From Candidatus Bathyarchaeota archaeon (GTDB lineage Archaea; Thermoproteota; Bathyarchaeia; Bathyarchaeales; Bathycorpusculaceae), in contig CAWHXY010000006.1 in assembly GCA_963833575.1 (NCBI GenBank), forward strand, positions 1 through 64,000: 64,000 nt of DNA, written 5' to 3'. The notes under the pieces were generated by a model. The model saw only the letters and a list, made by a program, of their open reading frames with translations, was not told where the DNA came from and made no database searches. A program made the position numbers and the translations under genes. Every line of letters starts with the position of its first letter. Positions within the stretch are counted from its first letter, which is position 1. Below are positions 56,516 through 64,000 of this stretch, in pieces.

Positions 56516-56929
56516 CTATTGTTGATTGTGTGATTCGTTTTTCTGTAGATTTGGCTGTTCGATAAGCAGTGCCACTAAGCTCATGAAAGTTCCGCTTGCA
56601 AGAATTAAACCTGTAAAGCTCAATTTTAGTGCAATCTCAAAATTATTGGAAATCAAAAATAAGAAAGTGATAATAATAAAGAAAGAAGACAGCCCAAGAA
56701 AACCTAGAATAATTTTCGGATGATTTTTCTTTTGAAGTTCTAACCACTTATTAGAACATCCCAAACTGAAGAAAATACCTGTGAAAATTATTGCAGTTGA
56801 AGTAGCAATAACAATTCCATTGACTATCGTTGGGATAAGATCGGTTTGGACAGAGACATTGATCAGCCAAGCAAAAACAAGCGCCAATGCGCCGGCTATT
56901 GATAAGATTGTGTTAAATTGCCGCGACAT
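56516..56929 (-). CDS. four-TM membrane protein
   Basis: Four hydrophobic helices. Confidence 0.6.
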   Translation of the reverse strand: MSRQFNTILSIAGALALVFAWLINVSVQTDLIPTIVNGIVIATSTAIIFTGIFFSLGCSNKWLELQKKNHPKIILGFLGLSSFFIIITFLFLISNNFEIALKLSFTGLILASGTFMSLVALLIEQPNLQKNESHNQQ

Positions 56930-57042
56930 ATTAATTTCCTTTTGGAATAAGCCCTGTTTGCTTTAAAAGCATTATCTCTATTGATCTTTGGGGCAGCAGA
57001 CTTAGTTTTTAGAAGCCGATCTAACGACAATGACATTTAACC

Positions 57043-58626
57043 CTATGTAGAGGCGATTGTTTGGGATTGGTCTCGGAGAAAATTAAGCAGATAATGTGTT
57101 CCGCATACACCTCGACCTGTTGCGCCGCTGGCGTTCCAGCCTGTGAAGGATTGGGCACCTGGCCATGCTCCCGTGGTTGCTCCACCGCTTCGATTCGCGT
57201 ATAGAACGCCGAACTGCACTTGGTTCATGAAGGTTTGCACTTCTTTTTGGTCTTCTGAGAATATGCCTGCTGTCAGTCCATACTCGGTATCGTTGACTTT
57301 GGCGATAGCATCGTCTAATGTGTTGAATGCAGAGACTACACTGAGGGGCATGAATAATTCATCTCTGAACAACCTGTGAGTAGTTGGCAAATCAGTTATG
57401 ACAGTTGGCGAAAGGTAATACCCATTCTTGAATTTCCCTTCCGTGAGCACTTTTCCGCCAATAAGAACTTCGCCGCCAGCTTTCTTTGCATCTGCCAATG
57501 CTCCGTTGAATTTCTCGATCACAGCTTGATTGATCACAGGCCCCACGAAAACATCTTTTTCTCTTGGATCTCCCACTACTATCTTTTCGACTCGTTCAAG
57601 CAATGCTTCTAAGAATTTTTGTCGAACCGTACTCTGAACGTATATTCTTGATGCTGCACTGCACTTTTGCCCCCCGTAGCCGAAAGCCGATCTGACTATG
57701 CCTTCGACTGCTTTGTTGATGTTAGCAGATGAAGTTACGACCACTGGGTTTTTGCTCCCCATCTCAAGCACCATAGGCTTGGGGTACGGTTGCTGAGTCA
57801 AAAACTCCCGATAAAGCCTCATTCCAACATCTCTTGAGCCAGTAAACGCGATTCCTGCCACATCTCTGTTTGAAACAAACTCCTCCTCGAAATTAGGACC
57901 AGGACCTGTAACATAACTGATTGCGCCCTCGGGAACCCCAGCGTCTTTCAATACTCTGTAGAGCAGCAGACCTGTGAGTGGAGCTTCACTAGTCGGCTTT
58001 AAGATGATAGTATTACCCGTAATAAGCGCACCAAGAGCCATTCCATTAGCCAACATGAAGGGAAAGTTGAAGGGCGAAATCACAGGCCAGACGCCAAAGG
58101 GTTTTGAAACTATTGTGCAATCTTCGCCTGGACCGCCGCCATCCAACTTCTCGATGTAGCCGCTGTTTTTCTCCATGATTTTGGAATAGAATTTTATTGC
58201 GTCAATTGCTTCCCAACATTCAGCTAACGCTTCAAGTCGATTCTTCCCAACCTCATAAGTGACAGCTGCAGCGATGTCAAATTTTCTCTCATCAATCAAA
58301 TTAGCAGCGCTAAGCATGATTTTGACGCGTTCTTGCCAGCTTTTTTCGCTCCACTGTGGAAACCCTTTCTTGGCTGCCGCGATTGCAAGTTTAGCGTGGT
58401 CTCGCGTGCCGACTTGGAATCGGCCAACTGTTACTGAGGTGTCAATGGGGCTTTCATGTTCGAATTCGCCGCTTTCTGACCACAACTCATTTTCCCCGAT
58501 GTACATGGGGTAACACTTTCCGAGTTCCTGCCTGAACCTTTCTAAGGCAGCCTCATATTTTGGGTGAATACGCTCATCCGCAAACAAAGTAACATAAGTA
58601 ATTTTGGGAAAAGCAGCTTTTGCCAT
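57043..58626 (-). CDS. aldehyde dehydrogenase, 1-pyrroline-5-carboxylate dehydrogenase-like
   Basis: ISPFNFP, FTGS, EMGSKN, GQKCSAASR, YGLTAG, TTGAWPGAQSF. Confidence 0.88.
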   Translation of the reverse strand: MAKAAFPKITYVTLFADERIHPKYEAALERFRQELGKCYPMYIGENELWSESGEFEHESPIDTSVTVGRFQVGTRDHAKLAIAAAKKGFPQWSEKSWQERVKIMLSAANLIDERKFDIAAAVTYEVGKNRLEALAECWEAIDAIKFYSKIMEKNSGYIEKLDGGGPGEDCTIVSKPFGVWPVISPFNFPFMLANGMALGALITGNTIILKPTSEAPLTGLLLYRVLKDAGVPEGAISYVTGPGPNFEEEFVSNRDVAGIAFTGSRDVGMRLYREFLTQQPYPKPMVLEMGSKNPVVVTSSANINKAVEGIVRSAFGYGGQKCSAASRIYVQSTVRQKFLEALLERVEKIVVGDPREKDVFVGPVINQAVIEKFNGALADAKKAGGEVLIGGKVLTEGKFKNGYYLSPTVITDLPTTHRLFRDELFMPLSVVSAFNTLDDAIAKVNDTEYGLTAGIFSEDQKEVQTFMNQVQFGVLYANRSGGATTGAWPGAQSFTGWNASGATGRGVCGTHYLLNFLRDQSQTIAST

Positions 58627-58769
58627 AAAATAACTGGAGATAAACCAATACTTAATGATTTAGTATATGATTCCAAGCCATTTTTTGAACAGATAATTTC
58701 TTAAAATCAAATTAGTCTATTTGGAGAAGACTTATAGGGAAGAGTGGTTAAGGTTTGTCGGTTTTAAAA

Positions 58770-58856
58770 ATGGTAATGTACCAATTTGTTAGAGAAGAAG
58801 AAGACGAAGACTGCGAAGACGAATGCGACTGTGAAGACTGCGAAGACGAAGAATAA
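58770..58856 (+). CDS. acidic Cys-rich micropeptide (28 aa)
   Basis: MVMYQFVREEEDEDCEDECDCEDCEDEE*, followed by a T-rich terminator-like tract. Confidence 0.55.
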   Translation: MVMYQFVREEEDEDCEDECDCEDCEDEE

Positions 58857-58928
58857 ACATTCTTCCACTTTCTTTTTTCTAAAACTTGATTTACCATTAA
58901 AAAAAGAATAATCAAAAAATTGATTTCT

Positions 58929-59183
58929 TTAGGTTTTTCGCGATTCAATTATGCCTCGACATTTGTCGGCGTATTGGCAGTATTCTAGGCATGCGGCTGA
59001 TTTGTCTGGTCGTTTCCATTCGGCGCCACATGATGGACAGGTAGTTTTGTCTTCATCGCTCCAGATCTCGAGGTCGCCGCCGCATACGTGGCATTTGATG
59101 TAAGACGGTTTAGGTTGAAGTAGGTCCCGGAGTCCGGGGCATGTTTGAGGGTTCTTTTCCGCTGGTTTGTCTTTAGAGCTCAA
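58929..59183 (-). CDS. small zinc-ribbon protein
   Basis: CPG, CHVCG, CPSCG, CLEYCQYADKC. Confidence 0.75.
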   Translation of the reverse strand: MSSKDKPAEKNPQTCPGLRDLLQPKPSYIKCHVCGGDLEIWSDEDKTTCPSCGAEWKRPDKSAACLEYCQYADKCRGIIESRKT

Positions 59184-59814
59184 CTATTTCACCTCCAATT
59201 TTGACTTCTAATTCTTTAACTGGGATTTGCTTGCCTGAGGCTTCAAGTGCCTTGTTTACTGCCCATTTTAATCCTGTGCAACAGGGTACTTCCATATGAA
59301 CAACAGTTACAGATGCAATATTGTTTTGTTTGAAAATTTCAGTTAGTTTTTCAGCATATGCTCTGGCATCGTTGAATTTTGGGCAACCTATTATGACTTT
59401 TTTTCCAGGCATTAAATCGTGAAAATTTTTGAGTGCAATTGGAGCGCAATCAGCAGCGAATAACAGATTTGTGTTTTCGAAGAACGGAGCCTTAAATGGA
59501 ACAAGATCTAGCTTGACGGGCCACTGAGGCTTCTGGGGGGCAGTGTTTGCAGAAGCTGTTGCATTTGTGGTTTTGGTTTTGAGGTACTCATGCGCTTCAG
59601 CTTGGTTGAAAGCGTCAGCCTCACGCTCAGTAACTGTAATTGCCCCTTGAGGACACTGACCAAGACATGCACCAAGTCCGTCGCAATACGTATCTTTGAC
59701 GAGTTTTGCTTTTCCATTAACAATTTGTAGGGCGCCTTCCGCGCATTTTGGGATGCAGCTTCCGCATCCATTACAGAGATTTTCATCTATGTTAACTATT
59801 TTTCTTTTTATCAT
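59173..59814 (-). CDS. 4Fe-4S dicluster protein
   Basis: CNGCGSCIPKC, CDGLGACLGQCP, QWPVKL, ADC, GCPK, MEVPCC. Confidence 0.88.
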   Translation of the reverse strand: MIKRKIVNIDENLCNGCGSCIPKCAEGALQIVNGKAKLVKDTYCDGLGACLGQCPQGAITVTEREADAFNQAEAHEYLKTKTTNATASANTAPQKPQWPVKLDLVPFKAPFFENTNLLFAADCAPIALKNFHDLMPGKKVIIGCPKFNDARAYAEKLTEIFKQNNIASVTVVHMEVPCCTGLKWAVNKALEASGKQIPVKELEVKIGGEIVEL

Positions 59815-60137
59815 GTATAGTTTTCTCCTCTTAGGCATTTTCCGCCGGTTGGGCAGAATTTTTCTGCGTGGTTTTCGATTGCAGCAAAGATTGGGCGCAT
59901 GGTTTCTTCATTGATGTTGTAAATATGCTGTTTTCCTTCTTTTTTGATAGTGATCAGGTTGCATTGTAGTAGGGGTTTGAGGTTGTGTGAGATCATGCTT
60001 TGTTCTTGTCCAAGCAAGCGTGCTAGTTCGTTTACGCTCATGGGTTTCTCCATTAGTTGTTCGAGTGCGGCTAGTCTTGTGGGGTTGGCTAGGTTGGTGA
60101 AGAAGTGGTAGCAGATTTTTGTTAGGCCTGTTTTCAT
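59811..60137 (-). CDS. ArsR/SmtB family metalloregulator
   Basis: FTNLANPTRL, MSVNELA, EQSMISHNL; C-terminal H..C..C. Confidence 0.9.
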   Translation of the reverse strand: MKTGLTKICYHFFTNLANPTRLAALEQLMEKPMSVNELARLLGQEQSMISHNLKPLLQCNLITIKKEGKQHIYNINEETMRPIFAAIENHAEKFCPTGGKCLRGENYT

Positions 60138-60161
60138 TTTTTATCTTGCCTTTGTTAATCG

Positions 60162-60196
60162 TATGAATTATATTTCATATGAATGATTATTCATAT
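60162..60196. promoter_or_regulatory. tandem ArsR/SmtB-type operator palindromes
   Basis: TATGAA-TTATAT-TTCATA (60162-60179) and ATATGAAT-GATT-ATTCATAT (60177-60196) upstream of the ArsR gene. Confidence 0.7.
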
Positions 60197-60715
60197 AAAC
60201 ATGTCGGTAAAAGCCGCTTATTAATCGCCAACAATAATCAAAAAGAGAAGAAAAAGAATAGTGATTCGATAAACTACGAAAATAGATAGAAAAAAACGCG
60301 GCAAAGCACCCACAAATCATCGACACTTACGGCAATAAGCACGAATATTTCATTTTTTTTCTCTAAGTCACAATACGCAAAAGAAAAAATCTCAATGGCA
60401 AGTTAATCTCTATCGCCTAATCACACTACCTTCTCTGTGCCCTAAAATTCATTAAACTTCGAAGTACAAAAAAACCATCAAAAAACCCTTTATCAACAAA
60501 CGAAAGTACAGATTAAAAAGGGAAAAATGTCCCCTTAGAAGGAAACGTTTGGTTGGGTCAACATTGGCAAGACACGGAGGCTACTTAGCCCAACATAATT
60601 AGCCCCTTGCGCGTCTGAGCCAAAACGTGCTTTGGCCTCCCAAACATATTACCCCCTTTTTTTAAGGTAGAGTTTAGCTAAAAGTTAATATTTGCTGTTT
60701 AGTCTATTTGGAATT

Positions 60716-61207
60716 ATGTCTTCTTTTCATGTTAGGCGTAAAGACCGAGAAATTACTGACTCAAGTGAGATGCGACAGGTGTTGAAAGTTACTAAATTTG
60801 TTACTGTCGCCCTTTGCATGGATGATGAGCCGTATCTGGTTTCGCTTAGCCATGGGTACGACGAAGCCAAGAATTGCCTATATTTCCATTGTGCGCCCGA
60901 AGGCAAAAAACTCGCTTACCAAAAAACCAACAATAAAATATGGGGACAAGCAGTGTTGGACTTTGGCGTAACCGAAGAATGTGACTATGCATATAAGTCA
61001 GTTCATTTCAGCGGCAAAATGCACCTAATCGAAGATTTAAGGGAAAAGCAACATGCAATGGAAGTGCTTGTGCGTCAGGTTTCTCTTAACCCTGAAGCAA
61101 AGCTTGCTAAGATTAAGGCTGAAAGACTAAGCAGTGTAACGATGGGCAGAATTGATATTAATTACATGTCCGGCAAGAAACATTCGAGCCCTAAAAGACA
61201 AGACTAA
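60716..61207 (+). CDS. pyridoxamine 5'-phosphate oxidase / NimA-like flavin-binding protein
   Basis: RRKDREI, PYLVSLSHGY, LYFHCAPEGKK, YKSVHFSG. Confidence 0.88.
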   Translation: MSSFHVRRKDREITDSSEMRQVLKVTKFVTVALCMDDEPYLVSLSHGYDEAKNCLYFHCAPEGKKLAYQKTNNKIWGQAVLDFGVTEECDYAYKSVHFSGKMHLIEDLREKQHAMEVLVRQVSLNPEAKLAKIKAERLSSVTMGRIDINYMSGKKHSSPKRQD

Positions 61208-63048
61208 GTGCCCATCTTAACGGTATCAACTTGGTAAATTCTCAGGTTTTGATTGGTGTAAACGGGTTCTAGCCAGCTTATGCTATCAAAGTGCGCTGTG
61301 CAATTGGGGTAATTGCTTAGTTCATCGTAGCCCACGTAAACGTATGAGACTTTGTATGTTGTGATTACTTGTCGTAAATCGTTTGTAGTGCCGTTGAAAG
61401 CTCTGTCAATATCGTTTTGCCTCTGGTAAACCTGGTCAAGTGGTATTCCCCAGCCGTAAGGCCAATTAATGTATGAGGATACCGTTAGCCGTCCGCCGAT
61501 GAATGCTGGAGGGCAATGAATAGAATAATAGGTCAGAAATACTGAACGCTCAGGGGTGTTGTTTTGGACCCAGAGCCCCAGTTGATATTCATTCCAATTC
61601 GCGGCTGTATAATTTGTTCCGATATTATAGACTATGACGCTTGCTGAAGTTATGATAGAAAGCAAAACCAATGTTACAATCAGGATCTTTTTTGTTTTAG
61701 CCAACATTATACCAGCTAACACGGCTATTGGTACCCATGCAAACATGAAAAACTTGTACATATCCCATGGATTAGGTGTCAAAAGCAAGATGTTTGGAAT
61801 CAAAACAAGGAAAAGAAATGTGCCTTTCAGAAGTTCGTGCCCAGGCTTAACAAATGAAATAATAGCAATAACAAATGGGATGCCAAGGTTCAAAAAGTAA
61901 TAAGTAAAAGGATTTTGCGCGAAATTAGCAATCCAAACTGTGCTTAAAGAAATAGTCAATGGAGGCCCGTTGTGGAAAATAAAGGGCAATGCTAAAGCTG
62001 TAGGTGCTAAAAAGTATATGCAGTTGGCGAGGTTGAAGCGTTTAAGATTAAACAAGATGGCGACAACAAAGGCTACGTAGCAAGCGAAGAATGCGACATT
62101 ATGAAATTGGAAAACTAAACCAGTTATGACTCCCGCTAAGAGTAATCGTTTCTTGTCATCCATGTCTCGTAGTAACGCTAAGACCAGTGCGAAAGCGGGT
62201 AAACCAAGCAGAAGTGGGCGTTGCTGAAGCAAATTATCAAAAATCGAAGGCAAACCAAACGTTTGGCCGTACTGAAAAATGTAATTTGTGGACGGGCTAA
62301 ACGTGCCATTAAACAAGGCTGAAAATAACCCAAAGTAACTCAACCCCCAACCGAAAGTGGCTATAACGGTTGCGATGATTGCTGCTCGTCTGCCGATGGG
62401 TCTTGCAAGAGCGTAAATTGCAAGTGCAAAGACAACAATGAAAATAGTATTTAGAAAAGGCAGAAGTGTGGGCAGATACCCATAGACCTTCTCTATAATT
62501 GCAGTGTGAAAATCAACAAAATAATGATAAGTTAACGGTTCTCCCGCATAATTTGGCATCTGAGGCGGAAAGTTGCCATGGTTTATGCTTTCAATTATTT
62601 CGTAGTGCAGCGGCGTATCTTGCCAATTAGAACCTGTTAAAACTATGCCATATTGGTTGCCAACCCAAACGCTCCTTGCTAAAACGACAAATGAAATAAG
62701 AAAAATAATTGTAAATAGCAAAAGGCTTGTTTTCTTAATTTGCTGAAGTTTTAGAAATTTTGGAGGATTTAACGGTTCTCCCTTCTTGTAAACCACGATT
62801 GCGTAGACGGCTGTTAGGGCGAGAAAGCTTGCAATTATTGTTTCACGTGAATAGCCAATCGCCAACGATAAATAGTAAATCAGGCTCACAGAGAACAAAA
62901 CGCTGAAAATGGGAACGAAAGCCCATACTTCATGCGATTTTAGCCTGAAAAATCTGTAGAAGATTAAGCCTGGAACTAAAAAAGTGAATACTAAAGCAGC
63001 GAAGAGCGCGACATAGCTTGACGCAAACGAGACTAAAGCCAACAGCAA
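61204..63048 (-). CDS. polytopic membrane protein, GT-C glycosyltransferase-like
   Basis: Many TM helices; WQDTPLH, PPQMPNYAGEPLTYHY luminal loop; C-terminal YVYVG domain. Confidence 0.7.
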   Translation of the reverse strand: MLLALVSFASSYVALFAALVFTFLVPGLIFYRFFRLKSHEVWAFVPIFSVLFSVSLIYYLSLAIGYSRETIIASFLALTAVYAIVVYKKGEPLNPPKFLKLQQIKKTSLLLFTIIFLISFVVLARSVWVGNQYGIVLTGSNWQDTPLHYEIIESINHGNFPPQMPNYAGEPLTYHYFVDFHTAIIEKVYGYLPTLLPFLNTIFIVVFALAIYALARPIGRRAAIIATVIATFGWGLSYFGLFSALFNGTFSPSTNYIFQYGQTFGLPSIFDNLLQQRPLLLGLPAFALVLALLRDMDDKKRLLLAGVITGLVFQFHNVAFFACYVAFVVAILFNLKRFNLANCIYFLAPTALALPFIFHNGPPLTISLSTVWIANFAQNPFTYYFLNLGIPFVIAIISFVKPGHELLKGTFLFLVLIPNILLLTPNPWDMYKFFMFAWVPIAVLAGIMLAKTKKILIVTLVLLSIITSASVIVYNIGTNYTAANWNEYQLGLWVQNNTPERSVFLTYYSIHCPPAFIGGRLTVSSYINWPYGWGIPLDQVYQRQNDIDRAFNGTTNDLRQVITTYKVSYVYVGYDELSNYPNCTAHFDSISWLEPVYTNQNLRIYQVDTVKMGT

Positions 63049-63250
63049 AAGCAGGATGGATACCCAATATTTTTGCAGAACCGCATTGAAGTCTATGTTG
63101 ATCTGTACCTTTCTTCACCCATCCTGCCATTATCTGTCAGTGAATACTTGTATTAAAATTACCGATAAATCATTTTCTAACCTCAAGGTTGAACTGGATT
63201 TCCGAGAAAGATTAATTAGTTGAATTATGATGTATTGTTGCGGCGCTTGT

Positions 63251-63328
63251 GCCCAGGTAGTATAGTTCGGTCCAGTATATGCGGCTGTCGCCCGCAGGAC
63301 CCGGGTCCGAATCCCGGCCTGGGCGCCA
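63251..63328 (+). tRNA. tRNA-Asp(GTC), CCA encoded
   Basis: GCCCAGG...TGCGG CTGTCGC CCGCA...CCGGG TCCGAAT CCCGG CCTGGGC GCCA. Confidence 0.95.
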
Positions 63329-63682
63329 AAACCTTCTATTTTGCCTTATTTCACAAAATAGAGTTTGTTTTCGCCTTATGTTCAACAATCTTTTCGGATT
63401 TTCAACAAAAAATAGTTCATAGAGAAGAATTTATGCCCGGGTCTGAACCTGTAGCAGCATAAGGCACATGAGATAGGATAAACCGTTTTCTCCAACTCAG
63501 TACTTAATTTCTTGTGAAGGCAACGTGTGATTTCTTGAACAGTTGATCATTGAAACTCGTAGGTTATGAAAATTAATTTGAAAATTTAAGGTAAAATCTT
63601 TTATAGTGTTTCCAAGCTACAGCTAAGAGTTAGCTTGCAAGTATCAAGCGCATGCTACAAAATGAAAGGTTAAGGAATACGC

Positions 63683-64000
63683 ATGAAAAACAAAATTTGG
63701 AAACTCGCAGCTTTAATGTCAATTATGATATTGTTGTGTCGGCAGCCAACACAGTTCACGCTCAAACAACAATTACGACAGGAATAGGAGTCTACCCCAG
63801 CGGGGTGGCGTACGACCCAAATATGCATGAAGTGTACGTAGTTAATCCTGACGCTGGCCCGCTTTCGGTTATCTCAGACAGCTCTAACACCGTCGTTCAA
63901 ACTGTAAACGGGTTGTCATCCCCTCCTTTCGGTTTAGCTTACGATTCAGGCAAAAGTGAAATATTCATTTCCGAAAGTGGCGGAGTTGACGTAGTATCGG
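63683..64000 (+). pseudogene. YVTN/YncE-like beta-propeller surface protein, frameshifted in the signal peptide; runs off window
   Basis: MKNKIWKLAALMSIMI in one frame; VSAANTVHAQ...PSGVAYDPNMHEVYVVN...SVISDSSNTVV...PFGLAYDSGKSEIF in the -1 frame from about 63736. Confidence 0.7.

Noticed and set aside
58748-58948. Ser-rich 66-aa minus-strand ORF
   Set aside because: Antisense shadow of the acidic micropeptide repeat.
63220-63462. 80-aa ORF
   Set aside because: Overlaps tRNA-Asp; spurious.

Overview
Archaeal genomic window, most consistent with Bathyarchaeia (TACK-type rpl13e/rpl15e/RNase P cluster, stand-alone EF-2, many secreted proteins with C-terminal anchors). The left ~20.9 kb is an integrated tailed-virus-like (Caudoviricetes, HK97-fold) element abutting the 3' end of tRNA-Asn(GTT). 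It has early/regulatory ORFs, a ParB-like + ABC-ATPase + GNAT module joined by an A9 slippery site, TerS, a frameshifted TerL, portal, minor head, protease-scaffold, cement, major capsid and neck genes. No tail tube, tape measure or integrase gene is visible inside the window. The head operon is interrupted twice by antisense, unrelated secreted-protein genes that share a conserved 58-bp upstream element whose 8-bp core is inverted between the two copies. The element also carries an archaeal pilin and a membrane-HTH/beta-propeller block. The right ~43 kb is host chromosome: Grs-like radical SAM, 2-oxoacid:ferredoxin oxidoreductase operon, Re-citrate-synthase-like enzyme, RNase P/r-proteins, MtnA, an aRF1 paralog lacking GGQ, EndA, HisS, two GlnA, NOP2/NIP7, P-type ATPase, EF-2, Isf/AfpA, Tat multicopper oxidase, P5C dehydrogenase, an ArsR operon and tRNA-Asp. 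Both tRNAs carry C55 instead of the near-universal U55. All assignments come from motif recognition by eye; no searches were run.
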